Source: an uncultured Conexibacteraceae bacterium
GTDB lineage: Bacteria > Actinomycetota > Thermoleophilia > Solirubrobacterales > Solirubrobacteraceae
Length of the DNA: 64,000 nt
Reading direction: 5' to 3'
Assembly: GCA_963844665.1 (NCBI GenBank)
Contig: CAWJPB010000005.1
Coordinates: 717,703 to 781,702 of the forward strand
Shown: positions 38,513 to 49,223 of the stretch, piece after piece
How positions within the stretch are numbered: position 1 is the stretch's first letter
How the letters are laid out: every line of letters begins with the position of its first letter
Position numbers and translations under genes: made by a program
Notes under the pieces: generated by a model
Seen by the model: only the letters and a program-made list of their open reading frames with translations
Told to the model about the DNA's origin: nothing
The model's database searches: none

Positions 38513-39655
38513 TCAGACCGCCGCGGAGGCGGCACGCTGCAGTTGCAGCTCGACGTCGTCACCCGACACCGACCTCGAGTGCGCCGGCCAGACGACCGTC
38601 GGCGCGAGCTGCGCGAGTCGCCTGATCGATTCGCGCGCCTGGTTGGTGTCGAGGTTGAAGGCGGGATTGGGCACGTGCGCGTCGGCGCGGAGTCCGGTTT
38701 CAGGATTCAGCGTGAACAGCAGATCGGACACGAGCGCGAGCCCATCCTCGGCCCGGTGAAGCGCGATCAGGCCCGGTGCGTGCCCCGGCAGGTGCAGCAC
38801 GCGGAAGCCCGCGACCTCGTCTCCCTCCTCGACCGTCCCAGCGAGCTCGAGCGCACCGCCGTCCCAGGCCGGCAATAGCCGTGGATAGAGCGAACGAGCC
38901 CAGCCCTTCAGCAGGCTCAGATCCCAGTAGTCGCGGTAGGGTGTTGCGGCTTCCGCCGCCAGCCGCTCGAGCGGATGGCAGTAGACCGGCGCCTCCAGGC
39001 CGGCAGCGCCCCCACGGGCACCGCAATCAGCGTGCCCGAGGATCACACGCCGAATCCCGCCAAAACGCGCGCCCGCGGCGCCGATCGCGCCGGTCATCTG
39101 CGCCGAGCCGGAATCGAACACGGTCAGGCCACCGTCGTCCTCGATCAGGTAGACGTTCATCCGCCGCGAGAGGCCACCGCGCAACACCCAGACGCCGGCC
39201 GCGATCGCCTCCGGCTGCACTCCGTAGAGCGCGTTTCGCAGCCAGGTCCGAGTGTTCGCCACAGCGGTCACGGAGCCCGGCGACGGGATCAGACCGAGTT
39301 GCTGGATCGCGGCGGCACCATCCAGGTAGAACTCACCACCGACGATCTGGTCATCGCGGACCTCGAGCACATCACAGCCGTCGATTGTCAGGCGGCCACC
39401 GTTTGGCTCGAAGCCCTGCAGGCGACCAGGGCCCAGAAAGGTGCCTGTGGCCCGCCAGCGAACCACGCATCGCCCCCTCTGGGTGATCGTGTCGAGCAGC
39501 TCGATCTGGAGGTCAGGGAAGGCTTCGAAGAGCTCGCCGAAGCGGACGTTGATCGCGTCGGAGGAGTCGGACGCCCATTCGGCTGCGGCCGCGTCGAGAT
39601 CACGGCGCGCCAACGCCTCGAAGTACCGCCTGGCGATCACCGAGCTCGACGCCAT
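38513..39655 (-). CDS. SnoaL/NTF2-like domain fused to an MBL-fold domain
   Basis: N-term EAFPDLQIE...VRWRATGTF.G (ester cyclase-like); C-term MBL NVYLIE, HLPGHAPG, PAHS. Confidence 0.78.
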   Translation of the reverse strand: MASSSVIARRYFEALARRDLDAAAAEWASDSSDAINVRFGELFEAFPDLQIELLDTITQRGRCVVRWRATGTFLGPGRLQGFEPNGGRLTIDGCDVLEVRDDQIVGGEFYLDGAAAIQQLGLIPSPGSVTAVANTRTWLRNALYGVQPEAIAAGVWVLRGGLSRRMNVYLIEDDGGLTVFDSGSAQMTGAIGAAGARFGGIRRVILGHADCGARGGAAGLEAPVYCHPLERLAAEAATPYRDYWDLSLLKGWARSLYPRLLPAWDGGALELAGTVEEGDEVAGFRVLHLPGHAPGLIALHRAEDGLALVSDLLFTLNPETGLRADAHVPNPAFNLDTNQARESIRRLAQLAPTVVWPAHSRSVSGDDVELQLQRAASAAV

Positions 39656-39767
39656 CGCGGCCCGGAGTCTAAGCGGTCGATAACCAAGCCGGAGCCCGGC
39701 CAATAAGCAAGCCGGGTGCCGGTCGGTGACCAAGCCGGGAGCGCTGGCCCGGCAGAGATCAGGGAGC

Positions 39768-40193
39768 CTACGTGAGGATCGTCACGGTGAGGTGCTCAAG
39801 CCCGGCGTCGCTGCGGAGCCAGGCAGACGCCAGTTCGGCGGCGCGCTGCTCGTAATCGCGCCCGCGCACCTGTGGCGCTGCCCACACTCGCAGCCTGGCG
39901 CTGCCGTGCTCCCAATCGATCTGGTCGATCTCCACTCGACCGCGACAGTCGTTGGCACCGGGCTCGACCATCGTCAGCTTGACCGAGTTGCCGGATCTGC
40001 GTTCGCGCTCGGCGTTCTCGACCTCGCTGCCCAGCTCGGCTCCGCTCGGCGGCTTGGCGAGCCCCATCCGCGTGTGCAGATCGCCGTCATCCTGATGCGC
40101 GATCAGCACCTCCGGAATGTCCCAGTCAGTGATCTCACGCAGCTCCACGAGCTCGTCGCCGAAGCGGTCTGGTGGTTGGGGGATCGCGGGCAT
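39768..40193 (-). CDS. GNAT acetyltransferase, RimJ/RimL-like
   Basis: VELREITDWDIP, CRGRVEI, WAAPQVRGRDY; degenerate acetyl-CoA motif. Confidence 0.6.
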   Translation of the reverse strand: MPAIPQPPDRFGDELVELREITDWDIPEVLIAHQDDGDLHTRMGLAKPPSGAELGSEVENAERERRSGNSVKLTMVEPGANDCRGRVEIDQIDWEHGSARLRVWAAPQVRGRDYEQRAAELASAWLRSDAGLEHLTVTILT

Positions 40194-40221
40194 GTCGCGA
40201 CTGGACCGTACCCTTCCGGCG

Positions 40222-40926
40222 GTGCCCCCGCATCCCCAGTTGTTCCCCACACCAGCTGCCTCAGATCCGGAGGCGCGGCTCGCCTATCGGATTCGCCGTT
40301 CGGACCGGGCGCGCCGTGTTCGCGTCACCGTCGATCGCGCCGGCGTGGTCGAGGTGGTTCTGCCGCGCCGGCTTCCGGCGCAAGCGGCCCAGGATGCCGT
40401 CCGGGAACTGCGCCCGTGGATCCAGCGCCGCCTGGCCGAGGTCAGTCGCCAGCAGGCGACCGTGCTCGCACGCGGTGACACGGTCCCCTACCTGGGCCAG
40501 AGCCTGACACTGCGCGCCGAGTCCGGCCGCACACGGGTGACCCGGCGCGGCGACGTGCTGCTGACACCTGTCGGCATCGACCGCGGTCAGGCGCTCGAGC
40601 GCTGGTACCGGCGGATGGCGCGAGCAGAGATTGAGCGGCGGCTCGCCGATGCCTGTGCAGCCGCCGGCGTGACCTACGCCCGGCTCACGATTCGCGACCA
40701 GCGGACGCGTTGGGGGAGCTGCTCGCGCAACGGCGCGCTGAGCTTCAACTGGCGGCTGCTGCTCGCTCCCGAGGCCGTTCTCGACTACGTGATCTGGCAC
40801 GAGGTCTGTCACCTGCGGGTGATGGACCATTCGCCGCGGTTCTGGGCACTGGTCGCGAGCCGCTGCCCGGGATACCGCGACCACGCCGCCTGGCTGCGGC
40901 GCAACGCCGGCACGCTGGTCCTGTGA
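40222..40926 (+). CDS. YgjP/SprT-like zinc metallopeptidase (DUF45/M48)
   Basis: RDQRTRWGSCS, LDYVIWHEVCHL, DHSPRFW; start uncertain. Confidence 0.85.
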   Translation: MPPHPQLFPTPAASDPEARLAYRIRRSDRARRVRVTVDRAGVVEVVLPRRLPAQAAQDAVRELRPWIQRRLAEVSRQQATVLARGDTVPYLGQSLTLRAESGRTRVTRRGDVLLTPVGIDRGQALERWYRRMARAEIERRLADACAAAGVTYARLTIRDQRTRWGSCSRNGALSFNWRLLLAPEAVLDYVIWHEVCHLRVMDHSPRFWALVASRCPGYRDHAAWLRRNAGTLVL

Positions 40927-41402
40927 AGCAGGCTGGGGACGAGATCGTCGCGGCGCTCGGCAACTGGCGCGCGGCCGGCGCCACGGCGCTGGTGGTCGCG
41001 ATCGACGGATACGGCGCGTCGGGCAAGACCACGCTGGCGAAGGAGGTGGGCGCGACTCTGGACGCAGTGGTGCTTCACACCGACGACCACCTCCACGCAG
41101 CGCAACTCGGCGACGACCCACGGCCGATGGCCCAGTATTACGACTGGGAAAGATTGCGCGGGTGCGTAACCGCCACTGTCGCGCCGGTCATCCTGGTCGA
41201 GGGCGTGTCCTCGGCGTCGCCGGCACTGGCCGACCTGGTCACACATGCCGTGTTCGTCGCCACGCCAGAGCCCGTGCGGCTCCAGCGCCTGCACGCGCGA
41301 GTCAGCGACCAGGAGTGGGACGAGGCCTGGCTCGTCGCCGAGCGCGTCTACTTTGCGACCCGTCCGCCGGAATCATTCGACCTGGTTGTGTCCGGGGCCT
41401 AG
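40923..41402 (+). CDS. Uridine-kinase-like P-loop kinase
   Basis: AIDGYGASGKTT, HTDD, ILVEG; GTGA overlap with the upstream gene. Confidence 0.7.
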   Translation: MKQAGDEIVAALGNWRAAGATALVVAIDGYGASGKTTLAKEVGATLDAVVLHTDDHLHAAQLGDDPRPMAQYYDWERLRGCVTATVAPVILVEGVSSASPALADLVTHAVFVATPEPVRLQRLHARVSDQEWDEAWLVAERVYFATRPPESFDLVVSGA

Positions 41403-41561
41403 GGTCCATAGGGAAATCAGTTGCGGGAATTGACGAGGGGCTGGGCGTGTCTGGGAAGTCCGTCTCGCAAGGCAGGTACTGGTGGCACCTGCCGCGAGAC
41501 AGGCGCACCCAGGCGCGTCCGGACGCCGTCAGAACCGCAGGTAATTTTCATGCGAACCATC

Positions 41562-41567
41562 TAGAAT
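41562..41567 (+). promoter_or_regulatory. Putative -10 element for the riboswitch leader
   Basis: TAGAAT about 13 nt upstream of the aptamer; no clear -35. Confidence 0.4.
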
Positions 41568-41580
41568 CAAAGGTCGATAA

Positions 41581-41660
41581 CGCGGGAGTCCATTGGGCTG
41601 AGAGGGCGCTGTAAGGCGCCGACCGTAGAACCTGATCCGGGTCATGCCGGCGGAGGGAGA
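41581..41660 (+). promoter_or_regulatory. TPP (THI-box) riboswitch
   Basis: GCGGGAG...CTGAGAG...GACCG..GAACCTGATCCGGGTCATGCCGGCGGAGGGA; P2 GCGG/CCGU, P3 GUCC/GGGC, extra stem GGCGC/GCGCC, P4 CCU/AGG, P5 CGG/CCG; P1 not obvious by eye. Confidence 0.9.
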
Positions 41661-41665
41661 GAGCA

Positions 41666-43563
41666 GTGATTCGCAGGTGGCGTTTTGGGTTGGCGGCCGT
41701 TGCCGCAGCTCTCGTGGTTGCCGCGTGCGGCTCCTCGTCGCCTGGCAACTCAACCTCGACCGGCGCAGGGACCCGTCAGGTGACAGCAAGCACGGGCACA
41801 CCGATCACCGGCGGCACCGCCTACTGGGCCGAGCAGCCGCTGCAGCCGCCGAACTACATCTTTCCGCTGATCTCCGGCGAGTACTACTCGAACGCGAATG
41901 TCTATGAGTTCCAGACGCTCATGTACCGGCAGCTGTACTTGTACGGAGACAGGGGCAAGCCGAGCGTCGACTACCCGCTGTCACTGGGCGATGCGCCCGT
42001 CTACAGCGACGGTGACCGTGTCGTCACGATCCGCCTGAAGCCGGCCAAGTGGTCAAACGGCGATCCGGTCAGTGCGCGCGATGTGATCTTCTGGATCAAC
42101 CTGCTGAAGGCCAACAGGGCCGATTGGGCCTCTTACGTCCCGGGCGGATTCCCGGACAACGTGGTCTCGGCGACGGCGACCGGCGCCCGCAGCGTGCGGC
42201 TGCGGCTGAACCGCAGCTACAACCCGGTGTGGTTCACCAACAACGAGCTGTCGCAGATCACGCCCCTGCCGATGGCATGGGACAGAACCCGCCTGGACCC
42301 GTTCCACGCAACGCCGAAGCCGACCGATCCGCACCTCCCCGATACCACCGCCGCGGGCGCGAGGCAGGTCTATATGTTCCTGAACGAACAGGCCAAGGAT
42401 CCGTCGAGCTATGCGTCCAGCCCGATCTGGTCGGTCGTAGACGGGCCGTGGAAGCTCTCACAGCTCACCGCCAACGGTGAGGCGACGTTCGTCCCGAACC
42501 CGCACTACGACGGGCCCAACAGGCCGAAGCTGGCGAGGTTCGTCGAGCTGCCGTTCACCAGTGAGGAGGCCGAGTTCTCGGTGCTGAAGGCCGGCTCGTC
42601 GAAGGGCGACATCGGCGGCTCGGCACCGCAGATCTCCGTCGGCTACATCCCCGACACCGACGTCCCTCAGGGCTCGTCGCTGAAGTCCCAGGGTTACCGG
42701 CTGAGTGCGTTCTACCCATACGGCTTCGACTACTTCGAGCCGAACTTCTCAAACCGGCCGTCGGCCCGATCCTGCGGCAGCTGTACTTCCGTCAGGCGTT
42801 CGAGCATCTCGTCGACCAGGAGGGCTGGATTCACGCCTACTACCAGGGGCTCGGCGTTCCGACCTACAGCCCCGTCCCGGCCCAACCCTCGAATCCATAC
42901 TCCAACGGCGAGTCGAAATCGAATCCGTATCCGTTCAGCGTCGCGAGGGCCGCGAGCATCCTCAAGTCTCACGGATGGAAGGTCAGTTCCAACGGCCTCA
43001 CCACCTGTGCCCACCCGGGCACCGGCAGCGGCGAATGCGGCGTCGGCATTCCGGCTGGCAAGCCGTTGCGGTTCAGCCTGATGTACCCGAACGGCATGTC
43101 CTCCACCGATGGCGCGATGGTCGATCTGCAGTCGGACGCGCGACGAGTCGGGATCGAAATCGCGCTCAAGGAGGTCACGACCACGACGATCGATGCGGAG
43201 ATCGAGCCGTGCAAGGCAGGGACCTCGGCCTGCGGCTGGCAGCTCGGCCAGTACGGCAGCGCCTGGGTGTTCGCACCCGACCACTATCCGACCGGTGAGG
43301 AGATCTTCCAGACCGGTGCGCTCGGCAACGTCGGCAGCTACTCGAATCCGACGATAGACAGGCTGATCAAGGCCACGACCACGACTCCGGCGGCAAGCGC
43401 GCAGAGAGCACTCGACGCCTATGCCAACGCCGTGCGCATCCAGTTGCCCGACTTCTGGCAACCGTCGCCGGGCACGCTGCTCAGCTTCCAGTCCAACCTC
43501 GCTGGCGCGACCCCCAACGCCTACGGGTATCTGAGCCCGGAGGAGTGGTACTTCACGAGGTGA
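41666..43563 (+). CDS. Family 5 ABC substrate-binding lipoprotein with one frameshift at about 42754
   Basis: Lipobox VAAC; WSNGDPVSARDV, WSVVDGPWK; a missing C (AAC-CG for AAC-CCG) joins ORF 41666 to the frame of ORF 43066-43563. Confidence 0.85.
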
Positions 43564-44507
43564 CGACCTTCGTACTCCGTCGCCTTGCCCAGGCCGTGGG
43601 CGTGTTGATCGGCGTAACGCTCGTCGTCTTCATCCTCGAGCAGTTGACGCCCGGGAGTCTCCCGCACGCGATCCTCGGGCCGCGCGCGAGCCCAGGGGCG
43701 GTCTCAGCGTTCAAAGCCGCAAACGGGCTCGATCATTCGGTGGTCGTCCAGTACCTCGACTTCCTCGGGCACCTCCTGCGAGGCAATCTCGGCTACTCAT
43801 ATCGGCTCAACCAGAGCGTTGGCTCGCTGGTCGCCCACCAGGCGCCGAACGATCTGATTCTGGTCGGACTCGGGCTCGTCTTTGCGCTCCTGGTGGCGAT
43901 ACCGCTCGGCCTGGCCCAGGCGGCGCGGCGTGACAGCGCGCTTGACCATGCCTTCACCGGATCGTCGCTGGCGCTCTACTCGATGCCGTCCTACTGGCTC
44001 GCGCTGGTGTTGATCGCAGTGTTCAGCATCGGCACGCACCTGCTGCCGCCGGAGGCCGACCAGTCAGGGGCGACCGCCGGCATCCTGGCCGAACCGCTCG
44101 GGCTGGTGCTGCCGGTCCTGACACTGACGCTTGTCAACGTTGCTTGGTTCAGCCGCTACATGCGGTCGTCGGCGATCGACACGCTTGCTCAGGACTACGT
44201 GCAGCTCGCTCGCGCCAAGGGCCTGCCGGAACGACTTGTGATGTCGAGCCATGTGCTGCGCAACTCGCTGCTGACGGTCGTGACGCTGGTCGGCATGTCA
44301 GTTCCGATGCTGCTGACCGCAGGGCTCGTCGTCGAGTACGTGTTCAACATCCCCGGCGTCGGTCTGAGCTACTGGACGGCCGCCTCCAACTCCGACTACC
44401 CGGTCGAGCTCGGGGTGACCGTCGTTGTCGGAGCCGCGACTGTCCTAGGCAGCCTGCTGGCCGATCTCGCCTACGCCGTCCTGGATCCCAGGGTCAGACT
44501 CCGATGA
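43560..44507 (+). CDS. OppB/DppB-type ABC permease
   Basis: QDYVQLARAKGL, EYVFNIPGVG, DPRVR; GTGA overlap. Confidence 0.9.
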   Translation: MTTFVLRRLAQAVGVLIGVTLVVFILEQLTPGSLPHAILGPRASPGAVSAFKAANGLDHSVVVQYLDFLGHLLRGNLGYSYRLNQSVGSLVAHQAPNDLILVGLGLVFALLVAIPLGLAQAARRDSALDHAFTGSSLALYSMPSYWLALVLIAVFSIGTHLLPPEADQSGATAGILAEPLGLVLPVLTLTLVNVAWFSRYMRSSAIDTLAQDYVQLARAKGLPERLVMSSHVLRNSLLTVVTLVGMSVPMLLTAGLVVEYVFNIPGVGLSYWTAASNSDYPVELGVTVVVGAATVLGSLLADLAYAVLDPRVRLR

Positions 44508-45355
44508 CGCGCGAATTCGTGCGGAACCGTCGCGGCATGACCGGGCTCGCGTTGATCGCGGTGCTCGTCCTGTTCTGTTTCATCGGGCCGCTCGTACACC
44601 CGACCGACCAGATCCATGCAAACGTCGCGATCACGAACATGGCGCCCGGTGACGGCCATCCGCTCGGCACCGACGCCAACGGCTACGACGTGCTCGGACG
44701 ACTGATGGCCGGCGGCCGCGCCACGCTGGAGATCGCGTTTGCCGTCGCGTTGCTCGCAACATTGCTGGGTGCGTTCTGGGGTGCATTGGCAGGCATCAGC
44801 GGGGGCGCCCTGGATGCGCTGATGATGCGCATCGTCGACACGCTGCTGGCGCTGCCGGCGATCTTTGTGCTGATCTACCTGGCGACCGTGGTCCAGCCGA
44901 CGGTGGTGCTGCTGATCGTCGTGATCTCGCTGCTGTCGTGGCTTGGTCCCGCACGTCTGATCCGTGGCGAGACGCTCAGCCTTGGCACGCGCGAGTTCGT
45001 CCAGGCAGCGCGGGCGATGGGCGGCGGAAGGACGCGGACGATCGTTCGCCACGTGCTGCCCAACACGTTCGGCACGATCGGCGTGAACGCAAGCTTCCAG
45101 GTCGCTGACGCGATCATCCTGCTGGCGACGCTGAGCTTCCTCGGCTTCGGTCTGGCGGCTCCGGCTGCAACCTGGGGCGGAATGCTCTCCCAGGGCACGT
45201 CGTATCTACTCGACGGCTATTGGTGGGAGGTGTATCCGGCCGGAGTCCTGATCATGGTGACCGTGATCGCCTTCAACCTGGTGGGCGCTGGGCTGGACGA
45301 CGTTGTCAATCCGCGTCGGCGATCGCGGCTCGAGCGAGCAGCAAGCGCTCCTTGA
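44504..45355 (+). CDS. OppC/DppC-type ABC permease
   Basis: HPLGTDANGYD, REFVQAARAMG, ATWGGML. Confidence 0.9.
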   Translation: MTREFVRNRRGMTGLALIAVLVLFCFIGPLVHPTDQIHANVAITNMAPGDGHPLGTDANGYDVLGRLMAGGRATLEIAFAVALLATLLGAFWGALAGISGGALDALMMRIVDTLLALPAIFVLIYLATVVQPTVVLLIVVISLLSWLGPARLIRGETLSLGTREFVQAARAMGGGRTRTIVRHVLPNTFGTIGVNASFQVADAIILLATLSFLGFGLAAPAATWGGMLSQGTSYLLDGYWWEVYPAGVLIMVTVIAFNLVGAGLDDVVNPRRRSRLERAASAP

Positions 45356-45770
45356 TCCCGGCGTAGAGCTCTTCGCCGAGGACCTCCCGCGCCTCCTGCT
45401 CCATTGCCTGCTCGATCGCCATCTCCTCGGCCAGGGCACGCTCGCCCGCTGGAGTGATATGGAGCCCGACCCCGCGGCCGTGGCCAACTCGCCGCTCGAC
45501 ATAGCCGAGCCGCTCCAGCCGGCCCGTGACTTGGCTGATGGCCTGCTGCGTCTTGAAAGCGCCCCGGGCAAGCGCGCTGGCGGTCACTCCGGGACTCGCC
45601 GCGATTCTGGCCAGCGCGCCCGCTGACGCAAACGTGAGCTGGGTCGGGGCCAGGCGAGGTTCGGAGAGCGCCATCCAGCGCGCCGACGTCTCCCACAGCA
45701 GGTGTCCGAAGTTGTCGCTGCCGGGGGCGTCCGCGAACCGCTCGTCGATGTGTGGTTCATCGTTACCCAT
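45306..45770 (-). CDS. MarR family transcriptional regulator
   Basis: wHTH: TQQAISQVTGRLERLGYVER...ITPAG; divergent from the MFS gene. Confidence 0.85.
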   Translation of the reverse strand: MGNDEPHIDERFADAPGSDNFGHLLWETSARWMALSEPRLAPTQLTFASAGALARIAASPGVTASALARGAFKTQQAISQVTGRLERLGYVERRVGHGRGVGLHITPAGERALAEEMAIEQAMEQEAREVLGEELYAGIKERLLLARAAIADAD

Positions 45771-45818
45771 GATCGTCTGACGGGCAGCCTATCGGTGAGC
45801 CAGCCATCGGACGCCTTC

Positions 45819-45850
45819 ACAAGGTACTTGTAATCACAAGTCCTTGTGAT
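45819..45850. promoter_or_regulatory. Two palindromes, candidate MarR operators
   Basis: ACAAG-GTA-CTTGT (45819-45831) and ATCACAAG-TC-CTTGTGAT (45833-45850) between marR and the MFS gene. Confidence 0.65.
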
Positions 45851-45864
45851 ACGCTCTCCAGTGC

Positions 45865-47313
45865 ATGACGAAAGATCACGAACTTCACAAGAACTGGACC
45901 CTGTTCGCCGCCTGCCTCGGCACCTTCATGCTGCTGGTCGACGTGACGATCATCATCGTCGCGCTGCCGAGCATCCGCGCGTCCCTGCACACGAGCTTCT
46001 CCGATGTGCAGTGGACCATCGACGCGTATTCGCTTACGCTCGCCTCCCTGCTGTTGGTATTCGGCTCGCTTGGCGACATCCTCGGCCGCCGCCGCGTGTT
46101 CGCCGGCGGGCTGACCGTCTTCACACTCGGCTCGCTGCTGTGCGGTGTCTCAAGCTCCGGCCTGATGCTCGTGTTGTGCCGCGCCTTCCAGGGCATCGGC
46201 GGCGCCACGATCCTGCCGACCGCGCTGGCGCTCGTCGCGCAGACCTTCACCGGCAAGGAGCGCGGGTTCGCGTTCGGCGTCTGGGGAGCCGTTGCCGGTG
46301 CGGCGACAGGGATCGGACCACTGCTGGGAGGATTGCTGACAACCGAGCTCAGCTGGCGCTGGATCTTCTTCGTGAACCTGCCGATCGGTGCCGTCGCGAT
46401 CCTGATCACGCTGACACGCGTACGTGAGTTCCGGCCGCCGAAGGCGCGCCGGATCGACGTGCCCGGGTTCATCGTCTTCACAGCCGGGCTCTTTTCGCTG
46501 ATCTACGGGCTGATCGAGGCGGGCCGGGACGGCTGGGGCAGCACGCACGTGATCGTCGCGCTGGCTCTGGCGGTGGTGCTGCTGGCCGCCTTCCCGCTGG
46601 TCGAGCGCGCACGAAAAGAGCCGATGTTCGACCTTCGCCTGTTCCACAAACCGACGTTTGTCGGCGGCTCGATCGCCGGCTTCGGGATGAACGGCTCGCT
46701 GTTCGCGATGCTGCTCTACATCACGCTGTACCTGCAGACGGCGCAGGGGTTCTCGCCGCTCCAGGCCGGCCTGCGCCAGGCGATCATCACCTTCTCGATG
46801 ATGGCGACCGCGATTCCGGCCGGGCGGGCATCCCAGCGCGTGCCGGCGCGATGGCTGATCGGGATCGGACTGCTGATCGTCGGCGCCGGCCTGCTGCTGA
46901 TGCGCGGCCTGACCGCGGATTCGGATTGGACCGCGCTGCTGGCAGGCTTCATCGTCGCCGGCGCAGGAGCCGGGCTCGTAAACCCGCCGTTGGCTTCAAC
47001 CGCGATCGGCGTCGTCGCCCCGCAGGACGCAGGCATGGCCTCCGGGATCAACAACACCTTCCGCCAGGTCGGGCTCGCCACGGCCGTGGCCACGTTCGGC
47101 ACGATCTTCGCCCACGACCTTGCCGGCGTGACGTCGACGACCGTGCGCGGCGTCTATGCCTCGACGCTCAACGAGCTGCTGCTGATCGCGGCCTGCGTCG
47201 CGTTCGTCGCAGGCGCCTTCTCGCTGGTGCTGATCCGGCAGCGCGACTTCGTCGCGCACGGGGCGCCAACGGGCGTGCAGCCCTCACCGTCGCAGCCGCA
47301 GCCGGTCGGGTGA
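45865..47313 (+). CDS. MFS transporter, DHA2 (EmrB/QacA) family
   Basis: GSLGDILGRRR motif A, WRWIFFVNLPIG, 14 TM. Confidence 0.92.
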   Translation: MTKDHELHKNWTLFAACLGTFMLLVDVTIIIVALPSIRASLHTSFSDVQWTIDAYSLTLASLLLVFGSLGDILGRRRVFAGGLTVFTLGSLLCGVSSSGLMLVLCRAFQGIGGATILPTALALVAQTFTGKERGFAFGVWGAVAGAATGIGPLLGGLLTTELSWRWIFFVNLPIGAVAILITLTRVREFRPPKARRIDVPGFIVFTAGLFSLIYGLIEAGRDGWGSTHVIVALALAVVLLAAFPLVERARKEPMFDLRLFHKPTFVGGSIAGFGMNGSLFAMLLYITLYLQTAQGFSPLQAGLRQAIITFSMMATAIPAGRASQRVPARWLIGIGLLIVGAGLLLMRGLTADSDWTALLAGFIVAGAGAGLVNPPLASTAIGVVAPQDAGMASGINNTFRQVGLATAVATFGTIFAHDLAGVTSTTVRGVYASTLNELLLIAACVAFVAGAFSLVLIRQRDFVAHGAPTGVQPSPSQPQPVG

Positions 47314-47369
47314 CCGCGGCGTCGCAGCCGGGTAGTCGGCCAAGCGGGGCCGGCTGCCCGGGAGACAGC

Positions 47370-47804
47370 TCAGGCGAGCTCTGATAACGGCAGGTCGTCG
47401 GGCAGCGGCACCGTCTGCGGGGTGCCCGGCTCAAATTCTTCCCAGGCGTTGAACGCCTCCGCGTCACGTGGAGCGTGCTCGTGCGCGGCCTCGCCGCCGA
47501 GCGCGAGCAGGCGGAGGACGGCCGGGCCACGGTTGACGAGCTGCCGGCGCACCTCAGGCGCGACCCGCACCAAGTCGCCGACCGTGTACTGCTGGGGCTC
47601 GCCTTCAACCATCAGCGTCAGCGTGCCGTCGAGGACGACGTAAACCTCCTCCTGCAGCCGATGGCGGTGGATGCGGTTGCGCTCGCCAGCCTCGAGCACG
47701 ATCACGTTGATTCCGAACGAGCTCACGCCCAGCTGTGCGCGCAGCCGCGCGAACCGCTGCTCGGGCTCCTGGTCGAGCCGCGCGGTGCTGACGCCGTCCG
47801 GCAT
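47370..47804 (-). CDS. Cupin domain protein
   Basis: HRHRLQEEVYVVLDG, VAPEVRRQL. Confidence 0.8.
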   Translation of the reverse strand: MPDGVSTARLDQEPEQRFARLRAQLGVSSFGINVIVLEAGERNRIHRHRLQEEVYVVLDGTLTLMVEGEPQQYTVGDLVRVAPEVRRQLVNRGPAVLRLLALGGEAAHEHAPRDAEAFNAWEEFEPGTPQTVPLPDDLPLSELA

Positions 47805-49133
<1,329 letters not shown>

Positions 49134-49223
49134 GGCAATCCTCTCAAGCTCTTCGTCTGATCTCAGCTGCCCAGCACACCCTTCGGCTGCAGAGTAGTAC
49201 CAGGAGAGCTTCGGCGGTCGCGT

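Noticed and set aside
40923-41402. Uridine-kinase-like gene as part of the thiamine regulon
   Set aside because: It lies upstream of the riboswitch, separated by a hairpin and a probable promoter, so it is not under its control
41443-41520. SRP (4.5S) RNA or tRNA
   Set aside because: Lacks the SRP GNRA-loop domain motif and any cloverleaf or T-loop
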